From: Macrostomum hystrix
Lineage: Eukaryota; Animalia; Platyhelminthes
Length of the DNA: 64,000 nucleotides
Direction: 5' to 3'
Assembly (NCBI GenBank): GCA_950097015.1
Contig: CATNEN010000010.1
Span: 1,736,001 to 1,800,000, forward strand
Both the position numbers and the translations under genes were made by a program. Shown piece by piece: positions 36,373 through 47,771 of the stretch; positions within the stretch are counted from its first letter, which is position 1; each line of letters opens with the position of its first letter. The notes under the pieces are model-generated. The model made no database searches, was not told the origin of the DNA, and saw only the letters and a program-made list of their open reading frames with translations.

Positions 36373-36879
36373 GCCTATATATATATATTCTATAGTCTCT
36401 TCGTATTTAGTAAATTTTTAATCTAAGGAAGTTAAAGGCACTATGATTACAGCATTCAAATAAGCTGGATGAAACAGCGTTAAGCAAAGACTCAAGACTG
36501 ACTGATTCGAGTATATTTACACTGAAAGTTTCACAAGCAGGCTACCGTAAGTGTTCGTGTATAAACTTATGACCCTTTCGCATCATTATTACATTCAATA
36601 CATGTGAAAATTGCCATGAGCGAAAGTTACCAAATAACTGATTCTTACGCAATTAAACATGACTAAAAAAAGATTTTTCGAAATTTTCATTTTATCATTA
36701 ATCATCTCGCTTAAAGCCAGAAGGAATTTCTCAGCGACATCAAAATATTAATATGCAATCACTTACAAATCTAAAGCAAAAAGATATGCTCATTTGAGTG
36801 TGCTTACTGGGCTATACTTAACAGCCACTGTACAGCCAGATGTACAGCCACTGACACTGCTATTCAGTGTCTACCCCCG

Positions 36880-37060
36880 CTGATGCTGTTCCCCATTTTA
36901 CAGCTGGGTAAACTAAAGCACTTGGGAATGAAGTGCATTCTCTCTCCCTCGTTTATCTCCAACATCTTGGGATCATTGGCTCAAGGACAAAAATGGTTTC
37001 CCTTTGGGCTGGGCTCCTGAACTCCCGACCTGTCGGCCGAAGCTCAAACCACAAGCTACA
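36880..37060 (-). mobile_element. Degenerate tRNA-derived SINE
   Basis: ccccattttacagctgggtaaac..gctcaagga..gaactcccgacct resembles the 54.2-kb copy. Confidence 0.5.
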
Positions 37061-37647
37061 AGCTAAATAGGGACCTGAGAATAGGAAAAATGGAGGCTAA
37101 TTTATTAAATGGCATTAGGAAAATAATGGAAGGAAGCAAGGAAAGAAAAGGATGGAAATATTTTAATTCCTTGAGCACAAATTACTGTTTAAAAGGGGGA
37201 GGAGGGAGAGAGGAAGTTACCAACTAGAGACTTTTATTAAAGACTGCCTGTTGGACCTGCAGCCAATATTTAGGGGACATGTGAAAGCCCAAGAAAATAC
37301 AAAGACAGAATAGGAAATCTAATATTGAAGATGAAGTCAGAAAAAGAACTGAGATGTGGAGAATTGGCTTAGATAAAAAAATCTGTGCTCACTGACTCCG
37401 CGCCTGACCGGCTGCTTCTGTAGTCCCGGGAGGCACAGAGAGCAAAGCCTGTCAAGTACTGGGATAGAAAACAGCCGGGTCGCGAGGCTGCAATCCCAAG
37501 GGCCGGATTTCTGCACTGCCGGGTCAGCCCCTTTGGGGTGCTTGGATGCACTTTTGTATCCAACAACTCGCGGACCTGAGTTCGAATCCGCGAATTGAAG
37601 CCCACTGAGCAAATAGTCCATCTAGAATTATGAAGGCAGAGGGCCAA

Positions 37648-39351
37648 TCACGAGATCAGAAGGTGCGGCCCCTCTCCGCCAGCCGTGTGCTCATAGTACA
37701 GCGCGGCGATGGTTCGAATCAGCGATTGAAAGCCGGGCAGCTGGTTCTGCCAGCTGTTGAGGGTCATCGGGTTGTCCAGGATGCTGAGGAAGGCCAGCAG
37801 TGTCACCGGCTGGCACATGGCCAACTGCACAGACGGATTGGCCATCAGGGCTTTGTAAAGCGGCGACTCCGGGTCTAGGCCAGCCAGTGAGTCCTCAGCC
37901 TGCTGGTCCTGACTGTCAGCTGACTGCTGCTGCTGCTGCTGCTGGCGACCTCCGAGCAGCGTCTCCAAGGCCTGCGCCTCGTCGTTGTTGTGCAATCTTA
38001 GAGCGTCAGTGACGCCGGGCTCTTCGAAGCCCATGTCTAGCAGGCGCAGGCGGAGGGCCTGGCTGGGCCGGAACTGGGCCCGGCTGTACTGCCGGAACAG
38101 CTCCAGCATGCCGGGAACGCTCAGCGGCTCCACGAAACCCTGGCCGCCTGCGAAGCAGGGTTGAGTAGGGTTGAGCATAGTAGGGCAGAGTAAGTAAAAT
38201 AATATATTTGTCGCGAGGATGCGCACGGAGCAATTCTGCCATTTCCGCTGACTCCTGAGCACACTCAGGCCCAGGGAACACAAACACACGAGTGTACATC
38301 TGCCTTGACATTTTAATCGTGCTGCCGCTTAACTGCTGAGTAGTGGAGTAGATTAGATGGAGTAGAGCTCAGAAGAATTACCTGAAGCAGCTTCACCAGC
38401 GGTCGACTCCGCAATCTGACTCGACCCTGATGTCCCGACAGGTGACGTTGGCGCCTCGGCCGCTGCCAGAGCAGTCTCGCCAGCCAGCAGGCAGTCAGTG
38501 GCGTCGGCCAGGATGTTGTGCGCCAGAGCCAGCGCCCGCCTCGCCTGGTCCTCGGGGAAGCCCATGTCAACCAGCTGGCGCAGCAGGCCGGGATCTGGCG
38601 TGGGTCTCGGAGCAGCCGGCGCCGAGCTGCCCGACCTGACCAGCTGCATCAGCTTCTCGGCGTCCGGGTGCGTGCACAGCAGGCGCTGACAGGTGTCAAT
38701 CAATGTCACCAGAGTGGGAGTCAGGGCTCGAGAGAAGGCCTGCCCTGTGATGCGCTGCGGACCGCCAGACGCACCGCCGCTGCTTCTGCCGATGGCGCCG
38801 CCCGGTGCTTCCGGCGAAGACGCCGACGGTAGCGGCGGCCGAGGCTCGAGATGCCGCGTAGCGGCTTCGATGTCCTCCAGGTTGACGTGGCTGCTGGCGC
38901 CGTTTCGTCGTCTTTCAGTGGCCAGCGAGGAGAAGGACGACTTATCGAGAAAAGTCGCAGCCGTTGAAGTCGAGGCGTCCCTGGTGCCGGGCTCAAAGCC
39001 GTCCGCTAAGAGAATCGGATCCAAGGACGACGCCGAATTCTCCGGCGACGGCGTTTGAGGTGGCGACAGCAGCGGCTGCGGCGGAGGCGGAGGCGGCAGC
39101 AGGAGCAGCTCGTCGCCTGGACGAATGCCGGCGGCCAGCAGGCTGAGGCCGGGCGAGAGTCGCCGTCCGGTGCGCACGTGCAGCAGCTGGTTCGGCTGGC
39201 CGGGCTGGAGGCCGCGATGGCCAGGAAGGGCGGCCAGGGCTCGCTCGGACACCACCGACAGCTCCGTGTCGTTGGGGAATTCGTGCGAAAATTGGGCGCC
39301 GCACTGGCTAAGCACAGTCAGCGCCAGGAGCTCCTTCATTGTGCGGCCAGG
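37648..39351 (-). CDS. UBAC1: UBA domain-containing protein 1 (KPC2). Exons 39351-38382, 38147-37648; 5' end uncertain
   Basis: Ubl-like N-region, UBA1 (LLRQLVDMGFPEDQARRAL), UBA2 (LLDMGFEEPGVTDALRLHNND) and STI1/XPC-binding-like LDPESPLYKALMANPSVQLAM..TLLAFLSILDNP, matching UBAC1 architecture. Phase-1 intron. Confidence 0.85.
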
Positions 39352-40161
39352 CTGGAAATAAAGTGCAATTTGAGAATCATTGCTATCATGGCAATGTACA
39401 TGCCTATGCATAAATAGAAAATCAGCAGATTTTTTACTTTTTTCACTAATTTGAATAGTCAAATCAGCAGATTTCTAGTTCTTTGACTAATTTGAATAAT
39501 AAAATCAACAGATTTTTTTAGTTCTTTGACTAATTTGAATATATTAAAATTCAAAGATTACTTTTTGTTCTTGAGATGCCTTGCCACACACAAGAGAGAG
39601 ACCAGTTGTTAAATGATAAATCAATTATATGAATGGTGAGTGAGTTAGCTAGAGATTACAATGCATAATATAATTTGCACATAGCATTTGATTTGATGGC
39701 CGTGCAAACAAGCTTTTAAAATGAGTCAAATCATTGGTGGACTTAAGTAAATCCACTTCTTGTTTTGATGCAGCAGACTAAATGTGATGCAGACAAAAGC
39801 ACCTAATCAATATGAATTAGTGTATTGCTTGTGCATTTTAACAGCATGATCTATTATTTAGTGACTATAAAAGTCATAGCAGTCTACTTTATTTTAATTG
39901 TCTTTATGACAGACAAGTTTGTACAATGTTTATTTTAAAGAAGTTAAAAGCAGCAGATGAAAAGACCAAAACAAGCACATGCCTGTGTAACTGCATCTGT
40001 GTGAGTGTGTGTGCTCAGGAAGAAGCAAAATGGGCAGAATTGCCTCGTCACTGGCTGGCGCCTGGCTACAGTTTTAGTGTCATCAAATGTTGAGACAGTT
40101 TCTGCAGCACTCCTGCATTTATTATTATTATTATTACTTTAGGGGATCATAATTTCGGATT

Positions 40162-40846
40162 CTAGTCACTTTGTCATACACTTTTTCATCAAATGATGTT
40201 TTGCCAAAATATGATTGCCCTTGGTCAGTTCGTCATATACTAATGAAGGCACTGCCAAACATTAGTCACTTAGTCATCTGCAAATCGGCTCACTCCTCAT
40301 ATTTAGTCACTTTGTCATCTGCCAATCGTCTATAGAGCCATTAAATAGTAAAATAAAAGTAAAAGTAAAATAATGAGACTAAAAAGTAAAGTAAACATTT
40401 TAAAACTGTACATAATTGTGCATTGTCAGATTGTAGCTCGGCACGTAAATTAACCAGCACTGGATTGCCTACAATATTGCGCGATCAAACAGTCTCAAAC
40501 TTAAGCATAGATGCACATTGGCAATGTACGCACTAAATAGGGTGCCTAAATATTAAGTATGCAGATATGCAAAGTATGTACATCATAAATATGTACATCT
40601 CCCCTTGCAAGTGGCACTGAAAAACTTACATTTATATGTGCTTACACAAACACTTACAGGAACAAACTATAGGCCCTACTCATTACATGCACAATTCTCA
40701 GATCAGTATAATCTAAGTCACTTTGTCATCTGCAAATTGATTAACCGTTGGACCTTGGTCACTTAGTCATCTGTCAACAGCGCACCCATTTAAATTGGTC
40801 AGTTCGTCATCCAATATGACGATATGGTAGATGACGAAGTGACTAG
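40162..40846. mobile_element. Putative MITE-like element with repeated GTCACTT(T/A)GTCAT motifs
   Basis: Inverted pair ctagtcactttgtcat / atgacgaagtgactag (15 of 16 match) and about 6 internal copies of the motif; termini and TSD not resolved. Confidence 0.45.
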
Positions 40847-42463
40847 CACCCTGGTTTCCATTATTACAATGCTGTTATTTTTATTTTTCATTTCATAGCT
40901 CTTATGTACTATAAGTATAACTATTAAACTATAAAAATCAGAATAGGCCCCATGCTAAGAATAAAGTGTCTATGACTATATATATGTGTGGACTACAACT
41001 TTTTAAGTTCTAACTAAAATCAATAGAAGCTAGAAACTCTAATTTTTAGCTACACTTGGCGTTCGGGACAAATATAAAAGAAAATTACAAGTCAGAGTCA
41101 TGACAAGTACACCACGGAGTCGCGCGATAACTAGTCTTTCGTAGAAAAAAACACGTCTCAAAACATTAGAAGGCTCCAACAATTATAATTAAAATGTTTT
41201 AAACTAGTATTTTATGTAAGAAAAATAACTATGCTTACTTTTATGTGAGTTATGAATGCTAGTCTAGTGTTGTTTTGTTATATACGTACTACGAATATTT
41301 AAGCTTTACTTTTCTGCGATAAACCCTAGAAAATAATTTTGGCTTATTGCTTTTAAATACATCAACTATGGTCCCAAAGCCAAAATGTCAACAATTTTTT
41401 GTTGGCTGAACAGGAGGTTTCCTGCGACATGATGATGCAGCATGATGATTGCTACTATATATAGTAGCAATATATAGTAGCACTATATATATATCATCAT
41501 TTGACGCCGTCAAATGATGGCTGAACCTACATGGCTGCTTAAATTGTCTGGCCTCACCATGCCTTAGTCGTGGTTTTGTAGCAGCACTAAGTTGTTACCT
41601 TGAAACTCTACCTCACAATACCTCACATGCATGCATACTCCAAAAAGGATTTTGATTTATGAATAATATAGTATGCCTAATTGTATCTGGATTTCGATTG
41701 TAGGCCCTAGTAAATGTTGTGACAACAATATGCTGAGATTGTATATTATTATTTCAGGATGCAGCAGATACTTTTTTGTTTTTTTGCTAACTATATTCTT
41801 TGTTTGCACTCAATCTATGCAAGCTGCTTTGCAACTGAATTATATACAGATAACTAAAATATCTTAATTATTCAGTACACTATTATTATATTTAGGCTCA
41901 GATCTTTATAAGTAGCTTCATGTATGTCTATAGTTAATGTATTTAATACTCTGGGCTAATCATGGACAAGTCTAGCTAGGCTAGAGTCTTAGGCATATGT
42001 CTGTTATAGGTTAGTTAATTTTGGACTTATTAACTTTTGGAATTGACTAAGGCTTTATAGCTAGTTAAATGATTTCAATATTTATCAAATGGAATAAATA
42101 TATATACATGTATATTTATTTGTGTTTATATATATTTATACATTGTAACTAAAAAGTAGAATGTATCATAAACTTGCCATTGTTTTATGTGCATAAGCTG
42201 AAGTTTCAATATATTGGCCTAGCCAAAAAGACAGTAGGGAACCTATCTAGGCATGACAGTGCTGATAATCAGACAGAAATTTAATTTATATTGGTGAAAA
42301 ACTGTTTATGTTTTTGTATGTTTATGTATTTTGTAGCTGATCTTAGAAACATTTACAAGTACCTATCACTGTTGCACTGTGCCACTCCAATTATATAAAA
42401 AGTGTGTCATATGTTTTTGATCCAATTTTTCTCAAGTTGCATTCTTGCTGCATTTCAGGTGCA

Positions 42464-43207
42464 ATGACTAATGGGGGAGGTTCACAGTCTCATTCAGTCA
42501 GCCTAGAAAAGTGGAAAGATGAGATCTGGGCAGATGGGAAAATAGGCTTCCATCAGGAGATTGTCACACCAGCCTTGGTGAAGTGGTGGTCGCACGCGGT
42601 GTCGCAGCTGCCAGCGGACAAGCGGGCCAGTGTGTCGGTGCTGGTCCCTCTGTGCGGCGCCTCCCGCGACCTGGCGTGGCTGCTGGACAGACCCGAGGTG
42701 TCGACCGTGGTGGGCATCGAGATCAGCGAGCTGGCATTGCAGCGCCTGCTGTCGGAGAACCCGCAGATTGGCGGGGACGCGTCGCATCGTCGATCAGTCG
42801 GTCCGGGTGTCGAGTGCTGGGAGAGCCCGGACGGTCGGCTGAAGTTCTACCTCGCAGATCTGTTCTCGGACAGTGTGCTGTCGGAGCTGAGGTCCAGCTG
42901 CCAGCTGGTGTGGGATCGCGGCTCACTGGTGGCAATTGACGTTCCCGACCGTGAGCGGTATGTGAAGTGCCTGAAGGACATGTGCGAGCCCCAGCACGTG
43001 TGGCTCATTGAGTCCGTTGAGTACGACCGCAGCAAGTATCCCGGACCGCCGCACGCCATGCCGCACGAGTGCACCCGCCGTCTTTTTGGCCCCGCCGACC
43101 ATTTGCAGCATCTGGAGTATGACTCGCGACCCGACGATGCCAAGCAGTTCGGCTTGCCGGACTTTTCCACCGTCATGTACTGCCTGACTGTGGAGTCGGT
43201 GGACTGA
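42464..43207 (+). CDS. TPMT: Thiopurine S-methyltransferase-like, copy 1 (247 aa, intronless)
   Basis: W...W..G.IGFHQ, VLVPLCG, VVGIEISE, WDRGSLVAI...R..Y, GPP: TPMT/TEHB-family motifs. Confidence 0.9.
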   Translation: MTNGGGSQSHSVSLEKWKDEIWADGKIGFHQEIVTPALVKWWSHAVSQLPADKRASVSVLVPLCGASRDLAWLLDRPEVSTVVGIEISELALQRLLSENPQIGGDASHRRSVGPGVECWESPDGRLKFYLADLFSDSVLSELRSSCQLVWDRGSLVAIDVPDRERYVKCLKDMCEPQHVWLIESVEYDRSKYPGPPHAMPHECTRRLFGPADHLQHLEYDSRPDDAKQFGLPDFSTVMYCLTVESVD

Positions 43208-44030
43208 CATGTAAAAGCTTACTGCAGCATCGGTGCAGTTTTCAATGCAATCGGGCGCCTTTGTTAAAAGATTAATGATTGATAGGGGCCTACTTCTGGT
43301 TTTCGCTGGCAAACGTTGTATTTTATAGCTCATATTAATTTAATCAAATTTTCATAATTTTGACACTTTTTTGAGCGGCACTTGGCATAACTTTCTATAC
43401 TTGATTGAATTTACAGTGTCAATGTTTATTGCCGTAGTAAAGCAATTTTTTTGTTTGTGCTTGTAATTTTAAGTGCAGCGGGTCTGTTACATTTTATTAG
43501 TATTTATTTATTGTTCAGTACCTTCTTATTTTGCTAGCTAGCTATTTTGGTTTATGATTACCAATGAGCTTAATATGACTTCATATTCATAATCATTCCT
43601 ATCTTGTATCCTAGCAGCGTTGTTGATTATTACATTTTCTATCGTGCCCTTTCTACTGAAATCTATTGATGAGTTTAGATGAGATCGTTAATTATTAAAT
43701 TGGACATCTGACCTTGGATCCGCGCATTGATTGTGCAACATTTCTATATGTACAAGTCTTGCTTGAGCTCTTAAAGATAATAAGAACTGCAAGTGAGATC
43801 TACGAGTAGATCAGTTCTTTATTTTATTTATTTAAAAGATACTTTAAATTATTTTAAAATTAAACTAATTATAAGCAGTGAGCCCTGTTCACATTAAAGA
43901 TGGCCATGCACTATGTAAAACAGCAGCCTTTATAATCATATTTGTCATATTGTAACAACTATTTGAATTTATGACATGCTACTAGACTTGCTAGATTATC
44001 AAATGACCACCCGCAGAGCAAGCGCGGGAA

Positions 44031-44768
44031 ATGAGCGACAAACCGGCTGTCGACTCAAGGATAGTTGCCCTAGACGATTGGCAAAGGTGTTGGGAAGATG
44101 ATCGAACGAAGGGCTTCCACCAGGTGGAGGCGACGCCGAGCTTGGTGAAGTGGTGGTCGCACGCAGTGTCGCAGCTTCCAGCGGACAAGCGGGCCAGTGT
44201 GTCGGTGCTGGTCCCTCTGTGCGGCGCCTCCCGCGACCTGGCGTGGCTGCTGGACAGACCCGAGGTGTCGACCGTGGTGGGCATCGAGATCAGCGAGCTG
44301 GCATTGCAGCGCCTGCTGTCGGAGAACCCGCAGATTGGCGGGGACGCGTCGCATCGTCGATCAGTCGGTCCGGGTGTCGAGTGCTGGGAGAGCCCGGACG
44401 GTCGGCTGAAGTTCTACCTCGCAGATCTGTTCTCGGACAGTGTGCTGTCGGAGCTGAGGTCCAGCTGCCAGCTGGTGTGGGATCGTTGCTCGTTTGTAGC
44501 CATCAATATTCCCGATCGCGATCGGTACGTCTTTACAATGAGGAGCATGTGCGGATTGGAGCATGTCTGGCTAATTGAGTTGGTTGAGTATGACCGCAGC
44601 GAGTACGGAGGTCCACCTCACTCCGTGTCAGCGGACTGCGTGCGCGGCCTGTTTGGTGCCGCGTTCGGTGTGCAGTTCTTGGAAAAGGTGGAGTGCGCCA
44701 CCCAGGCTGAGTATTTCAAGGTGTCGAAGTACTGGCAGCCGGTGTACGTCCTGACTAGTGTTTGCTGA
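44031..44768 (+). CDS. TPMT: TPMT-like, copy 2 (245 aa)
   Basis: Same motifs; variant WDRCSFVAI. Confidence 0.9.
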   Translation: MSDKPAVDSRIVALDDWQRCWEDDRTKGFHQVEATPSLVKWWSHAVSQLPADKRASVSVLVPLCGASRDLAWLLDRPEVSTVVGIEISELALQRLLSENPQIGGDASHRRSVGPGVECWESPDGRLKFYLADLFSDSVLSELRSSCQLVWDRCSFVAINIPDRDRYVFTMRSMCGLEHVWLIELVEYDRSEYGGPPHSVSADCVRGLFGAAFGVQFLEKVECATQAEYFKVSKYWQPVYVLTSVC

Positions 44769-45445
44769 CTTGACTGAAGCCCGATAGTCTGCCCCATACC
44801 CAGTTGCTAGATATACTTTTAGTTGCAATTTTAGCTTTCCAAAGTGCCCGTGTCTTTCATTTGACAAAATAGGGCTGAATGGAGGTGCTTAACATGCAAT
44901 GATTTCTGTTATGAAGTTCGGTGATATGCCTTTATGATTTATTTTTCTTGAATTTTAGGTTTGATTGCTCAATCAAAGTTCCGGTTCACCATGACTAATT
45001 AATTCGACGCTTTCTTAGTTTCTGCGGGAACACAAATGCAGCAATAAATTCTAACTTTTATAAACCATCATCAGTCAATAAGCTGATTTTATCAGGCCTT
45101 TCAAAAAACAAGAGTCACAACATTTTTATTTGACTGCTGTCACATGATCATATTTTTGTTATATTTTTAATTTGGTGCCACTTAAGCTTCACTAAATGAA
45201 ACCTAACTTGCTAAGTAACTTTATACCCGTTATGGGAAAACTTTATCGTCACAAGTTCCAGCCAGTGTGCTTCCTTTTTAGGGAATGCTGCACTTTTTCA
45301 TTCAGAATTTTTACAGGCGTTTAATTAACAGACGCCATCGAATGAGCTGGCAAGAATTTGAGATTTTCAGAAACCGGCGCGTGCTAATTGAAAGAAGCCC
45401 GTATCTTAATTGCATCTTTTATTTCAGCTTCAGTCTAAACACGAC

Positions 45446-46174
45446 ATGGCCGACAAGCTGCTACCGGAGAACAGTGTCAGCATCGACGACTGGAAAAACC
45501 GCTGGGCCAGAGGCACCACTAGCTTCCACCAGGTGGAGGCGACGCCGAGCTTGGTGAAGTGGTGGTCGCACGCGGTGTCGCAGCTGCCAGCGGACAAGCG
45601 GGCCAGTGTGTCGGTGCTGGTCCCTCTGTGCGGCGCCTCCCGCGACCTGGCGTGGCTGCTGGACAGACCCGAGGTGTCGACCGTGGCGGGCATCGAGATC
45701 AGCGAGCTGGCATTGCAGCGCCTGCTGTCGGAGAACCCGCAGATTGGCGGGGACGCGTCGCATCGTCGATCAGTCGGTCCGGGTGTCGAGTGCTGGGAGA
45801 GCCCGGACGGTCGGCTGAAGTTCTACCTCGCAGATCTGTTCTCGGACAGTGTGCTGTCGGAGCTGAGGTCCAGCTGCCAGCTGGTGTGGGATCGCGGCTC
45901 ACTGGTGGCAATTGACGTTCCCGACCGTGAGCGGTATGTGAAGTGCCTGAAGGACATGTGCGAGCCCCAGCACGTGTGGCTCATTGAGTCCGTTGAGTAC
46001 GATCCAGTTGAGTACGGTGGACCACCACATTCCATCTCAGCTGAATGGGCTCGCAAAATCTTCGATGGCGAGTACAGCCTGCGCTTGTTGGAGTCCGAAA
46101 ACAGTCCCGAAAAGGCCGTTGAGTTCAAGCTGTCGTGCTACTTCAAGCCGGTCTTTCTGCTCACAATTTGTTGA
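45446..46174 (+). CDS. TPMT: TPMT-like, copy 3 (242 aa)
   Basis: Same motifs; ATG at 45446 follows TTTCAG|CTTCAG. Confidence 0.9.
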   Translation: MADKLLPENSVSIDDWKNRWARGTTSFHQVEATPSLVKWWSHAVSQLPADKRASVSVLVPLCGASRDLAWLLDRPEVSTVAGIEISELALQRLLSENPQIGGDASHRRSVGPGVECWESPDGRLKFYLADLFSDSVLSELRSSCQLVWDRGSLVAIDVPDRERYVKCLKDMCEPQHVWLIESVEYDPVEYGGPPHSISAEWARKIFDGEYSLRLLESENSPEKAVEFKLSCYFKPVFLLTIC

Positions 46175-46544
46175 GTCGAGCTCAACTCACTGCTTTAATC
46201 AATATTACGCTAGCAAAGATTGACTCATTGATCAACATGAGAGACCTATATTAAGTGTTTCATTGCCAATCCAATGAAATATTCTTCAATGCAACTTTAT
46301 ATAGGTCTGTCATGTTGGTTAGTACCTTTTTATTTAATTTTTATCAAGCGAGCTACATTACCTGACTCCCTGAGGTGTTTGAAATTCAATACCACTGTTT
46401 TAAGGGTTGCCCTGTCTCTTTTAGAATTTCTAGCTTTTTGTAGTTTCGTTGATTCTGGACTTACTTCAGAGGTATTCTCCTCCTCAATACTTATGCGCTT
46501 TTTTATCGATTAAATGCTCTTAATTTGGTTCCGGCTCTGCACGG

Positions 46545-46870
46545 CAATGCTGGGGGTGAGTGGCAGAGCGAATTTGCCTCTCATGTTTACCAAGGTCCCT
46601 GAACTCGATTCCGCGGTGAGGCCACATTAATTTGGGGCGCAGTCGCGGAGAGAAGGCTTGGGGGCTTGTGCTATCTTACGTTATTGTGGACGAACCTCCA
46701 AGACACAGCGAAAGTGTACACTGCCTGACTATCAGAACGTCAAGGCAGATGTACACCACTGTGTGTGTGTGTGTGTGCGCAGGAATCAGCGAAATGGGCA
46801 GATTGGCATCCTCGTTGGCTGGGGGTCTTGTCTCGCTAAATGATATCGCATTGCCCGCAGCCCTCCTGCA
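46545..46870 (+). mobile_element. Probable SINE (tRNA-like head, body, (GT)n)
   Basis: A/B-box-like gtggcagagcg..ctcgattcc; the body is shared with copies at 38222-38309 (-) and about 40000-40070 (+). Confidence 0.45.
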
Positions 46871-46949
46871 ATTTCTATTATTGCTGCAGAGCAATTCTTA
46901 TCAAATTCAATTGTTCACATTTAGGTTGCTTTCAATGCTTTTCCAGCGC

Positions 46950-47230
46950 CAACAGCAGTACTGGGGCAAGCGACCATTCTCTATTCGAGATCAACGACTG
47001 CAAGAACCACTGTGCCAGAAGACGAGTCTGGTGAAGTGGTGGTTTCAGGTGTGGCTGCTGGATTAGAACCTCAGCTGTCTGGGATCCGTTCTCGCACATT
47101 CTGCTGTCGAAGCTGATGTTCAAGGAGCTCCGTGCTTGGCTGATGGAGTATGACCGCAGTGATTTGGGATGTCATCAGAGGGCGTGAGTAGCCTGCTCTA
47201 CGCCGAGAACAGCGCAGGACTGCAGCTTGG
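46950..47230 (+). pseudogene. Decayed, internally deleted fifth TPMT copy
   Basis: Colinear remnants: tctggtgaagtggtggt, gtgtggctgctgga, cagctgtctgggatccg, gcttggctgatggag, tatgaccgcagtga; contains stops and large deletions. Confidence 0.7.
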
Positions 47231-47771
47231 AGTGATAGACCTTGGGATATACCAGTATATAGTTAGTGATTTTGTAGTCTAAAATTTAATCACTTTAATC
47301 AATTTAACAGCAGATGTGTGATTTCATGTACTTAAGAATTGGATTAATACATTTTTTCTGATATTTTAAGCATTTTTGGCCAGATTGTGAACGTATTTGG
47401 TGCATACAAGTGATATAATTATATCTAATTTGCCAGTTTCACATAAGTTTGCCATCACTGAGCAGCCAACACGTGCGATGTATTTTTGCTTTACTTTTTT
47501 GTCCTAAGAAGTGTATTAATTTGTCTTGTATAAAGTATTTAACCACATCTAGACTTATCTCAGAAATTTTAACCTCCGAAACATATTGTAAAACATAAGA
47601 CCCATTTGCAGGGCAATGGGCAGTTTAAACAAATAGAGATAGTATTGCTTTGGTATCTAATGGTATTTTTCCGCATAGTATGCTACTATACTGAAAACCT
47701 ACCTAAACAGTCGAGCGTAGTCGTTTAACAAAAATGTGCTATTCATTTCAGACTCACCTGCAAATTCAGCA

